Below are positions 13,701 through 24,108 of a DNA stretch of 64,000 nucleotides, one piece after another. Under the pieces are notes generated by a model. It had not been told where the DNA came from. It worked only from the letters and a program-made list of their open reading frames with translations, and made no database searches. Position 1 is the first letter of the stretch; each line of letters starts with the position of its first letter. A program made the position numbers and the translations under genes. Source of the stretch: Bugula neritina (lineage: Eukaryota > Animalia > Bryozoa); assembly GCA_964035545.1 (NCBI GenBank), contig OZ037770.1:6272729-6336728 (forward strand), written 5' to 3'.

Positions 13701-16700
13701 TTTTCAGAGCCTCGCACCATCTGAAATAGCAAAGCTCTGCCTCACATATCTATTTTGTTTAACAAAAGAAGACCTATGGAAGTCGCAGAGCTGACAACAA
13801 GAAACTTTTTAGAAGAGCTAAAAAAACCCAAGAGGACCATCAGCAAATTCTTGCATCATTGGATGCAACCGAAAAAATCAATGCTGCAAGGTTAGTTTCT
13901 ATTTACTTATTCTGTCAAAGCTATCATACAAATTTGTTGACTGATTTTAAATTTTTGTTAGCAATTCAATATCTGCTAACTGAAAACTTCAATTTTAGAA
14001 TTGTAATTGTTTTAGAATGAAAGCAATAGAGGTTAGAGCGAAGTCAACAGGGCCTCTATGGAAAGTATTTATTTTGATCTCTGAGTTCCTGATTAGTCCA
14101 CTTAAGCAACTATCTAGCTTAAACCGTCAATTTCTGTTTGAAAGGTAATACAATTGAAAATTATCAGCCACTTTTATATATTAAAATAAAAAGAATTTCA
14201 AATGTATCGACCTAAATGAACATTTTTGTTATAAATTTTTTTGCATTCTGTAAATGCAACAGAAGAAACGTAAGTTTATTGCTTCTAAAGTACTATATAA
14301 TTTTTTGGCTTGTTAATAAGTTATAAATCCTCAAATACACGGTGTCCACACCTTACATGATGTACCTATTTTAACATGCTATTCATTAAAAATTGTTGTG
14401 CTCATTTTATAACTTTCATAAAAAAAGTTATTTTATAGTTGTAGCCAATACTCAACTCGGCCCCCTTCTGGTACAGCATTAATAAAGGAAGTTGGGGGCA
14501 GCGCCCATACCTTTTGCATGCGCAAAAATTTAGAAAGTTCTTGGCAACAATGTGTCAGGTTGGTTATTTAGTTTCGTTTTCATTTAAATTTTTTACATTA
14601 GCAAAAACCACAAACAGATTAGCACGTTAAAGTAACAAATTATATAATACAGTCATAGCAATTTATTGTAAAGTAAATTTTTATGAGCTTGCAGCTAATT
14701 CTTATGCATCTAATTTTCTAATATACTTTGGAAATTGAACCTTTGTTGTATTGCAGCTTAATAGCCAAATATTTTAATTTCAGACCAAAAATCTTGACAA
14801 AAATGAATTAGAGATGATGGCTGATCATCTGGGCCACTCAGTGAACATACACACTTCTGTCTATAGGCTCCAATCTAATTTAATTGAATGAACAAAAGTG
14901 GCCAAAATTCTAATGGCTATTAAAAATGGAGGCATTGTGAAGACTGCGGAAGCAAGGCAGCTAGACGAAATAGAAGTTCCTGTCAATGGTAAACTAACAT
15001 ATCCTCAACATTGCAGCTACAATGCATATACTTATGATTTTAGAATTTGCTAAATGAAAAACTCAAGTGCATTTGCAAAGATTACTTTTGTGCATTATTA
15101 CCATGCGTGCATTATTTATCTAAAAATCTAGATTTTAAAAGTATTTTGAGATGCTAATTATATATAATAGTCCCCATAAACTATCAAGAGTGTTTTAAAT
15201 ATTATAGAATTGATAGAAGAGCAGCCATCTGCAGACGTGAGACTTGCCAGAAATGACGAAACAGACTGTCATATTGCAGAAGGTAAGCTTGTGCAAGTTA
15301 GTGTTGTAAGTTAAAAAGATTTTGATAACCAGACTTACAAGACAACTGCGATCATTTGCAAAAGTATACTTATCACGTCAAAAATAGGCTGGCTAATTGT
15401 AAATGTAGTTTCTTACTTATAATTTGAAAACTTTTTTAGATACATCAATACCAGATACTGAAGCAATGGCAAAGTCTAAAAGAGGTAAATATCGTTTAAT
15501 GACGGAGTTTCAAAGCCCATAAATTTAACAGGCTGCATACATAATATTGTTGTGATTTTGCGGGTTATGAGGAATAGACTAAGTAGTCTGCATGCCAATT
15601 ATTATGATGAAATAAAGAATCTTGTTAAACTGTAATTAATAGTCTTTATTGGTTCCTTCATGTATCAGCTCCAGTGTAGTACTGATTTAGATTCGAAAAA
15701 CTCGCACTTACATATGGTGGAATTCACGCCACTAATGGGGGTCCGAAACTCATACGAAGCTCGGAGTTCCACCAACCGACATCGAGGGGAACCTGTCCGA
15801 TCTCAGACAGGATCCCATCCGATTGAGCAAATCTATTACAATATGTAGTTGTGGTTGTATGATGCCTAAACCACTAACAGTGGTTTTGAGAACTTTTACT
15901 AGTAAAACAATCCATACAATAGTGTTTCATCAATAACATGTTGATGAACTTTTCAGTGAAACCATACTGGAGTGAAGCAGAAAAGCGGTTGTTTGAAAGC
16001 ATTCACACAGACCACAGTAAAAACTTGACTAAAGAGCAGTTTTCTCAGCTGAGAAGCATGTTCAAAGACAGGAGCGATGCTGTAATCAGAGCCAAGGCCA
16101 GCCACCTGAAAAAAACGCTGTCTCAGGAAAGTCGAAAATAGCTTGAACTTAAACCTCATTACACAACTAACTTAACTTGACTCCAATGTTACTGCGTGGA
16201 TTTACAGCTTTCTTACAAACAGAGTAGTAGGTAAATGGCATAACATCAAATCCTTTATAGGTATTATTTGGTTAAAATGAGGCTGTGGACTATATCTCAA
16301 AGACTAATGGTATTTTTACTAGGCTTTTATTGAGACAATTTTTTCTAACTTGCTACTTTTTTGTTGCAATCTTTTAGGTAAAACTTAATTGAGGTGTTCC
16401 AACAATAAAATACCATTTTTACTATAAATAAAACAATATCTCCTTAGATGCACTTGAACTGTCAATTTATCAATTGATAATTTTTTAATTTGAAACCGTG
16501 CTGCATATAACAAAAAAGGTCGTAAAGCTGAAAGTCATAATTGCACAGAAAGACATCAAATTAAGTATATGCAAATTAATAAACCTACTATGATCCGCAT
16601 CAGACACTGTGGACTGTGCTTGCTCATATGAGGCACTCATAGTATACATCAACTCATATGGGGCAGATATAGTATACACAGGCTTATGAGGAGGGCATAC

Positions 16701-17670
16701 AGCATATATGAGCTCATAAGGTGCACATATAGCATATATACAAGCTCATAAGGGGAAAATATAACATAGTATCTAGGCTCATAGCGGGCATATAAATAGT
16801 ATATGAGCTCACAGATGGCACATAAAATATATATAAGTTTATAGGGGGCAGATATAGAATATATAAGTTCATACACAGGATAGTTAAGGGCAACCTTTTA
16901 GCTGCAACTACCTTGCTGAGGTTCGCATTGTAATCATATAAGAATTCAGTACCAGTAAAATAAAATCTCACCTAATTGTGCTAGAGTCAAAATTTAAAAA
17001 CTATACTGTAGATCTTCTTTTTCTCCAGGGTAAGTTTTTTGGAAATTTCAATTTTCATTTTTTTTGCAAAGTTATAGACAAAAAACTGCCCAATTTTGGC
17101 CAATTTTGCCTGAAAAGCTGACTTTTCAGTACCAGTAAAATATCTCAGCAGCAAAGTATGATATCTGAATAAAAATTGCACTGCTGGAATCCTGAGATAT
17201 TTCTCCAGGGTAAGTTTTTTTCTTTTTCCAATAACTCTTCTAGATTGCCCACAAATTGGTGATTTATACATTGAAAATGCCATATTTTTTCATAGTAAAT
17301 TAGCAGCGCGCAGTGCTTCACGCTTCAATGAGCACGTAGGGATGAGAAGATATTGGCGCGTACATGCTAATTATAGGCTTGCTAGCCGACAGGCTACAAT
17401 GAATAGCTTGCGTGGTACTTTGTTTATGTAGCGCCTATAATGGAATGTTGATAGATAACACAGCCCTAATGAAGGTTGCTGCTTATTGGTTGTAGTTTGA
17501 TCTTAGGCTAAACAATTGCAAGTAGGCAACACGCATGCCACCCGCAGAGTAGTATTATTCAAGAACCTAAACTACATTTTGAGAGAAATTTATGATATTC
17601 TTAGTGAGGATGCCCTTAACTATCCTGTGTAGGGGGTAGATATAATATATATAGGCTTATGCGGGGGCAG

Positions 17671-17718
<48 letters not shown>

Positions 17719-18783
17719 TTCATAGGGGGGCACATAAAATATATATAAGTTCATAGGGGGCAGATATAAAATATATAAGTTTATAGGGGCAGATATAATA
17801 TATATAAGCTCATAGGGGGCAGATATATAATATATAAGCTCATAGGGGGCTGATATAGAATATATAATTTCATAGGGAGCAGATATATAATATAAAAGCT
17901 CATAATGGCAGATATAATATATATAAGCTCATAGGGGCAGATATAAAATTTATAAGCTCATAGGGGGCAGATATAGAATATATAATTTCATAGGGAGCAG
18001 ATATAGAATATATAAGCTCATAGGGGCAGATATAATATATATAAGCTCATAGGGGGCAGATATAGAATATATAAGCTCATAGGGGGCAGATATAATATAT
18101 ATAAACTCATAGGGGCAGATATAAAATATATAATTTCATAGGGGGCAGATATAGAATATATAAGCTCATAGGGGGCAGATATAGAATATATAATTTCATA
18201 GGGGGCAGATATAGAATATATAAGCTCATAGGGGGCAGATATAGAATATATAAGTTCACAGATGGAACATAAAATCTATATATAAGTTCATAAGGGGCAG
18301 ATATAAAATACATAAGCTCATAGGGGCAGATATAGAATACATAAGCTCATAGGGGCAGATATAATATATATAAGCTCACAACAACTCAAATATAATTTTT
18401 AGCGAAGATGCAGGCCAGAATTCTATACAAGTTCTACCTCAAGCTCTGGCACAATTATAGCAACTGAAATGATATTATTATCACTGTAATTAAATGTTTT
18501 CAACAGTGAAAAAAACTTTACATTAGTTTTGGGGAAGATAACTCCCTAATTTGATTATTTATAATACCATAGGGGGCTTTTTGTATATATTTACAGAGCC
18601 CCCTCTGGTATTGGAAAATATCAAATTGTCCTTCTGTGAGCCTATTTTTAAAATAGTGTCTATATTCCATAACAGACTGTTCTTAGTAATTTAAAACCCT
18701 CAAACATGGTGCCCCCTATGGGCATAGAGCCCCCTATGGATGTTATACATACCAAATTGACCACCTATGAACCCACATATGAA

Positions 18784-18865
<82 letters not shown>

Positions 18866-20055
18866 CGTATATATACGTATATATGTAAATATATATGTGT
18901 GTATATGTGTGTATATGTATGTATATGTATGTATATGTATATAAAAACTTATATTTAAAAATAGTATATGAAAACTAATACATATAATAATATATACAAG
19001 TAGTGATGAGGAATATATTGCCTGCAATGTGAATATATGTATCTTAGCAGTGAACTTTTGCTGCACGCATATGAGTTGACAGGATTTTATTCTGCTAGAA
19101 ACACAAGGGGCAGCATTTCTTTGTTCGTCAGCGAATTGTTTTTATGCAAAGTTGAGGCTCTCATGTCAACACATTCATAGCATAGTTACTAAAGCATCAC
19201 ATGGTACTAGAATATAGCAACCTCTGTGTAGTCTCAAGGGTGAACCAATCATGTTGCTAAGCAACGTGTAAACACCTTAATCACTTTCAACTTCCATTAT
19301 TTAACAATAAGTTATTAGTTTTGGGTGATAAGAGGTGCCCAACAAACTTTAATAACGCAAAGAAGCTGAATCATTTACATTGAACTTTAAATCTTTTTTA
19401 AATAAATGGAATATATACTTATCAGGTTGTGAAACCTTATTCTAGCAGGTGAAGTGTATTTTTAAAGTTCAATCAACCTGTGTTTGTAATTTAATTTCTT
19501 TTATAGCAAACTTGACTCTGTGATTTCAATTGATTTATGATGAATTGAAAAGTCGGTATGGCAACTGTTCTTAAATATCCAACTCCAATCTCCCAGGGAT
19601 AACTCACAAGATGGTTACACAGTTATCTTGCATTTCATTTTACTTTGGAATATTGAAAAATTATATGTCAACTCTGACAAGTATTGAACTTCGACGTCAG
19701 ATATGCGATTCAATCACCTCTTTAGTTAACTTTGATTTATGTGATTGTAGCCCTGCTCTTGCTTTCTGCCTGCTATCACAACATCTGTGTACTTAGAGCA
19801 CCTTGAGCTGATAACATCTGACAGGTTGCTATTGGAGTCCCTGGCACACCCTAGCAGGTGGCTGTCAGGTGTCTGGCCTGTATATGCAAGTGCTTTCTGT
19901 TACAGTTAGTGGAGCTCTGTATACATTTGGAGAGGAGGAAGGCAAGAAGCTAGGTCATGGGGAGGGAGTCATGGCCTCAGAACCTCTACAAGTTGACATT
20001 CCAGAAAAGGTGGTTTGGTTGTCATGCGGGGGCAGACACACTTTCGCAGTCACAG
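1742..20055 (+). CDS. RPGR: RPGR-like RCC1-repeat gene, 5' portion (exons 1742-1867, 2091-2183, 2761-2979, 3540-3692, 19906-20055); first exon not located
   Basis: Five GT-AG exons, all phase 1, splice to [37 protein letters not shown]...[12 protein letters not shown]...KPTCVK...[11 protein letters not shown]...[12 protein letters not shown]...[13 protein letters not shown]...[14 protein letters not shown]. This closely follows the RPGR N-terminus as I recall it ([63 protein letters not shown]). Confidence 0.9.
2450..2750. repeat. 21-bp minisatellite (GTATACAGGTGTATATAGGTA)n
   Basis: About 14 tandem units directly upstream of the acceptor at 2760. Confidence 0.95.
2980..3205. repeat. ~29-bp minisatellite (AGTCAGTAGTACTTTGACAGTGTT...)
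   Basis: Tandem units begin at the splice donor at 2980. Confidence 0.9.
3927..4494 (+). mobile_element. Probable solo LTR (Gypsy-like)
   Basis: TG...CA ends flanked by ATAT on both sides (3923-3926, 4495-4498). TATAAAA at ~4315, a hairpin at 4326-4366 and AATAAA at ~4400. Confidence 0.5.
4640..9881. mobile_element. Kolobok-type DNA transposon, decayed and internally deleted
   Basis: TTAA TSD (4636-4639, 9882-9885). Imperfect TIRs AGGCGGTAAGCTTCCAGGTTATTT / AAATAACCTGGATGCTTACGATGT. + strand remnant [15 protein letters not shown] at ~7215-7262 resembles the C..GH...W.S.P motif of Kolobok transposases. A convergent - strand KolX-like gene is present. Confidence 0.75.
7396..8920 (-). pseudogene. 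KolX / P2X7 cytoplasmic ballast-like (P2RX7_C) spliced gene inside the Kolobok element
   Basis: Minus-strand exons read [21 protein letters not shown]...[14 protein letters not shown] (7801-8022) and [30 protein letters not shown]...[11 protein letters not shown] (7396-7580). These fit the WC.C..C...E..CC / AYR...W....R..LP.C....R..FP pattern. Stops and frameshifts are present. Confidence 0.7.
9994..16141 (+). pseudogene. Multi-exon tyrosine recombinase: Tudor-like - acidic linker - Zn fingers - YR catalytic domain - Myb/SANT-like C-terminus
   Basis: Approximate exons: 9994-10162 ([22 protein letters not shown], Tudor-like), 10494-10595, 10798-10959, 11342-11392, 11731-11760, 12095-12321 ([21 protein letters not shown]), 12420-12702 ([11 protein letters not shown]...RHIERC), 13198-13890 (FNKRRPMEV), 14016-14144 (VRAK), 14439-14558 (MRK), 14784-14988 ([17 protein letters not shown]), 15209-15282, 15440-15484, 15957-16141 ([10 protein letters not shown]...RSDAVIRAK). 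The R..K..R..H..Y order matches YR catalytic residues. Premature TGAs at 12271, 13233 and 14889 plus frameshifts. Confidence 0.85.
15548..15840 (-). mobile_element. Solo LTR in the last intron of the YR gene
   Basis: Minus strand TGTAATAG...TCACAACA flanked by ATAT (15544-15547, 15841-15844). Ends in the same TCACAACA as the Gypsy LTR at 41880. Minus-strand AATAAA near 15645 and GC-rich hairpins at 15715-15825. Confidence 0.65.
16625..18380. repeat. 29-30-bp minisatellite (TATAAGCTCATAGGGGGCAGATATAGAATA)n, interrupted by a MITE
   Basis: More than 30 tandem units at 16625-16873 and 17630-18380. Confidence 0.95.
16874..17629. mobile_element. Non-autonomous CAC...GTG (CMC/EnSpm-Mirage-like) MITE
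   Basis: Perfect 19-bp TIR CACAGGATAGTTAAGGGCA / TGCCCTTAACTATCCTGTG. 2-bp TA TSD, which splits one minisatellite unit. Confidence 0.85.
18786..18940. repeat. (TA)n / (TATG)n microsatellite
   Basis: Read directly from the sequence. Confidence 0.95.
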
Positions 20056-20425
20056 GTAAATGATTTAAAGATTTTTGTCTAATAAAGACAAATCAGCTTC
20101 TGTTTTAGCAGCTAGTGTTTGTAGTTGTGTTCTCTCAGTTACTGGGCACACAGCTTCTCTTCATAATCTAATGTTTTAAAAAAAAGTTATGCAGTTAAAG
20201 CATATGTTCTACTTTTCTAAATATTTTACTCGGCACTAACACAATCGACACACCTAAACCTACTCAAAGATATAAGAATAAAACGTTCGTCGTGTGGGGA
20301 AAACTTCACGGCTGTAATATCAGATACGCATCATGCTAGTTATATTTGTATTCTTTTGGTAAGTGCTTCATAGTTGAACTCGCCGATAACTTTGACAGAA
20401 AGATTAAAAGTATTTCCTGTTGTAG

Positions 20426-20460
20426 AAAAGGGGCAGCTATACACGTTTAGAAATGCCACC
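20426..20460 (+). pseudogene. RPGR: Truncated next RPGR exon (breakpoint)
   Basis: Acceptor tgtag at 20421-20425, then EKGQLYTFRNAT (RCC1 xLYTFG motif with G>R). RCC1 similarity is then lost and the frame ends in a stop. No later RCC1 exons were found. Confidence 0.6.
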
Positions 20461-22762
20461 CTCTCTATGCATGTGGAGACAAAGATACGGATTAGGCTAA
20501 ACTCTTAGCTGCTTGTTTTCTTCTACTTTCATACCTTTACAGTGCTTGTAGGGAAAAAGGAATAATGAGAGAATAACTCCAAATGTTGGCTCATAAATGT
20601 ATGACTCATTCTTAGCATAGCCTAATGCTCTCTATAATATTATTGTATGTATGGGGTGGGTGTAATATGCCTTCAACTCATTTACACATGAGACTATATT
20701 AGACAGAGGCTGTTGTGTAAGATAACTCCAACCCGCACTTTCTATGTTGTGTTTATAGAGCGTTGTCATGGAAACACAAAACATTTTATCGTCTTCTATT
20801 TGGTTTGTTGCCTATTATTAGAGTTAAATTGATGAGGTGTTTATTTTGCTGTGTTTGATTGAAGCAGAAGGCCAAAGGGGCTCCTCCATTCCACGTACGT
20901 ACAGTGGAGACCTTGCTATGGCAAAAAGAAACATGAAAATCCGGCTTTATCCACCCTTCCTCCGCCCCCTGTTTATCCGGCCAAAGATGATAAAGTCTCC
21001 CAAGTCTCTAACAACTCAACTGGCAGTAGAAATGGTGAGTCATTGTGTAGTCTGCATCCCGCCACTTGCTTGTAACAAACCAAATGTTGGAGTTTTCTTC
21101 TTGTTAAGTAGCAGTTAGTTGGTATAAAGCATTTTAACTGTTATGTCGGTTAACTCTCTAGTTTTATTATAAGCTGAAATTGAGTCTTGAATTAAATGTT
21201 TTTTCATGTAAATTTTAATCTATTAGTTATTCTTGTCAGGTGAATTTTTACCAAACTTATTGGTTTTCTTCACTGTGTGTGTTTCCACCCTGTAGACTTC
21301 CCATGAACTGTCAAATATATGTTAGAATTTATAAATTGTGTCAAATGTTGATAACTTTCTAATCTTGAGAGTTAGCCTCACTTGTGACAGTGTTAGTTTG
21401 CCTTCCCACTACTAACTGATGTGTTTACATTAGGCCCGTATCACGCTCAAATCACCTCAACCAATGAGCACTCTGAAAGCCACCAATTCTTTCCCAGAAC
21501 TCCCCTCCCTTTTTCCGAGCAGACAAATATCCCGCCGCTAGTCATGAATTTGTAATAACCGTAGAAAGTGGGACTCTGCAAAGATCCAAGCTACCTCCCC
21601 CTCCTCCTCTCCGCTCATTTAGCCATGAGTCCGGGGTTATTCTAACTATGCAAGGTATATTTTCACTCGACTCCCTGTGTGTTTGTGTATAACACTTTTG
21701 TCAAACCTTTTCCTCTTTTTTGCTTCTAAACTGTTCCTGCAATATATTGAGGTTTATATACTGAAACTTGATGTGAAAGTTTAGCTGATACTATAAAATA
21801 TGTTGAAACTAAATAAATTTTTGTAAGTTATTTTAGATGCATTTTTTTCATATCACTGGTGAAAAGTTTTCACCAACTATAAACCAAAAAGTTGAAATTT
21901 CTGTGTCTTAGATCTTTTAAATTTGCTGGGATTTTGACTTACCTTTTTTCCTAAGAGTACTACGTCTATATCCTTTATAAACTATTTAGTACAATGTGCT
22001 GTGTGAGTAAGTTGTTATAATAATGAGTCATACATAGTAACGAGTTATTTATTCTGATAACATATTATGTTTTATTAGAAACAATTCAGTCTGCTGCAAC
22101 TAGAGCCTCAACGAACCAATCAAATGCTAGCAATAAACCAGCCAATCAGACGTCGGCTAACACATCCTCATTTAGTGATGCATTGAAAAGAGCTGTGGCT
22201 GAAAAAGAAGATAAATCCGCAAACAATGTAAGTATGTTTATACTTCAACAGTTTTATTTATAACAGCTTTGAGTATTATTTCAGGGGTTCTGTATATAGG
22301 TTTTATCATACATACATGTATTTCAGTAGCCTTCCACTAGTAGCTAGTTAGATATATGAGCATATGAAGCAGAGAGAATTTATGTTTTAATTTTTTTGTA
22401 AATAATTTAATTGGTCTTTGGTTGGTACAGTTTAACTTAAAAGTATGGCTTATAAATATTAAAATATCCATAAATATATGTCAACATATCAGAACAATAA
22501 AATATTAAAATGGTTTGTTTTCACCTCACAATAAAGATGGGAAGTAGGTTACAGTAATGGCATTATTAATAAAAACTAATGCCATCTCTGGGAAGTAGTA
22601 TTATACTGATTGTACTTAAATTTTATTTAATGCAGTACGACAATAAACTAATATTGTGGCCATTAATTACCATTTACTTCAACAGTAAACTCAAATTGAT
22701 TATATAGCATTGCTATTGCTATGGCAACTATTTTATTGTATTCTACTTACTTTGCCTGTTAA

Positions 22763-23097
22763 GCCTAGGGCCACACTGTGCGTATTTTCGCATGCGAAAA
22801 TTGAAATCACAAGTAGCAAAGGTGTCCACTGTAGCGTCAGTGATAAATAAAGCGTTCATTTTCAAATCGCACTCGCTTTCAATAAAACGCAATTTACTGG
22901 AATGTAGCACTAAAATAAAAAAATTGGGCTTGCTGAATAACTACCAGCTAATCAAGTGACAACGACAAAGATGATTCGCAGTTGCATTCAGAATGCTGAG
23001 CGACAAGTGCGAATGTTTTCTCAACGCGTACAGTGGACACCTTTGCTACTTGTGATTTCAATGTTCGCATGCAAAAATACGCACTGTGGCCCTAGGC
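22763..23097. mobile_element. PIF/Harbinger-like MITE
   Basis: ~70-bp TIRs GCCTAGGGCCACACTGTGCGTATTTT...AAAATACGCACTGTGGCCCTAGGC with TAA TSD (22760-22762, 23098-23100). An extra TIR fragment lies at 23111-23130. Confidence 0.85.
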
Positions 23098-23434
23098 TAA
23101 AGCTAGAGCCCCACAGTGTGGCCCTAGGCTTAGTTGTGTCAATATTAAGATTTGGTAGTAAAACCTGGGTGAGGAAAGGTTCAGCTGCTACCACTACTGC
23201 ACCAACCACTTCAGTTACATCTGGTAGGAGTTGAATGTGTTGCCACAATTCTGGTCAGACATTCTCACGTTTAAACAATCTGAAATATTTTAGAATAAAA
23301 AATTACAATAGAAAATATTTTCTGAAAAGATAACTTTTGCAATCTGTTCAACTTGTTTACTTTTATAGTCAAGCATTCTCATGTTTTTGATAAATATTGA
23401 ATTGAACAACTTGTATATATAATTGTGTCTAGTA

Positions 23435-23648
23435 AAACTGGCACATGTAGGTAATAATTACACAAATGGCAAAGTTGGTGAAAATTGCACATTTCTAATA
23501 TTAGGGTTTAGGGTAGGGTTGAGGGTATGAGTTTGAGGTCATAGAACAAGTTAACATCAGTGTGCCATTTGTTCCTGCTTTCCCATTTGTGCCCTTATTA
23601 CCAGTGCCATTATTATCTGTGCCCTTTTTGCCAGCGCCATTTTTATCT
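23435..23648. mobile_element. Fold-back-like MITE remnant with GGCAC/GTGCC subterminal repeats and a central TTAGGG-like tract
   Basis: Left arm has ggcac/ggcaa repeats, right arm has gtgcc repeats, core is ttagggtttagggtagggtt. Confidence 0.45.
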
Positions 23649-23883
23649 AAAATTTTTTTTGATATAGCTCCATTCCTGTGTTTTGTAAAGCACCTGCTTT
23701 TACATGTCACAAATGTCAAACTAGAATGTCAGGTGCTGTCATGGTGAGTGAATATCTTGATTTTTATGTTGACAGCTCCTAGTGTGGAGGACCAGCTGAG
23801 ACTAGCTGTAGCCAGAAGACAAACTCTTCTAGAGAGATAAGAACCCAGCTCTGAGAGTGAGAAGAGCAGCTCAGTGACTCCGG

Positions 23884-24108
23884 GTGAGTGACTAGTACTG
23901 TTACTCTGGTTGAGTGATTAGTACGGTGACTAGGTGTGAGTGACTAGTACTGTGACTCTGGTTGAGTGATTAGTACGGTGACTATGAGTGAGTCACTAAT
24001 ACTGTAACTACAAATGAGTGACTAATACTGTAACTACAAGTGAGTGACCAATACTGTAAGTACAAATGAATGACTAATACTGTAAGTACAAGTGAGTGAC
24101 TGTTACTA
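23884..24108. repeat. 26-27-bp minisatellite (GAGTGACTAATACTGTAACTACAAGT)n, left part
   Basis: Begins at the splice donor at 23884 and continues at 26860-27005 beyond the LINE. Confidence 0.9.

Larger units (their letters stand above)
9985..18785 (+). mobile_element. Crypton-like tyrosine-recombinase DNA element (boundaries approximate)
   Basis: Spliced YR gene (next feature) followed by a subterminal 29-30-bp minisatellite and GGGGGC/GCCCCC inverted motifs, ending at a (TA)n tract. Lies within an RPGR intron. No TIRs seen. Confidence 0.65.

Noticed and set aside
15700-15830. Multi-hairpin GC island in a recombinase intron as a guide/bridge RNA, hammerhead or H/ACA snoRNA
   Set aside because: It lies inside a TG...CA segment with an ATAT TSD (solo LTR 15548-15840). 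The hammerhead core (CTGATGA/GAAA with closing stems) and the ANANNA box are not met.
16625-18380. Regular repeat array as a CRISPR locus
   Set aside because: Units are contiguous with no unique spacers, there are no cas genes, and the context is eukaryotic.
23500-23525. TTAGGG-like tract as an interstitial telomere
   Set aside because: Only about 3 imperfect units, forming the core of a MITE-like element.
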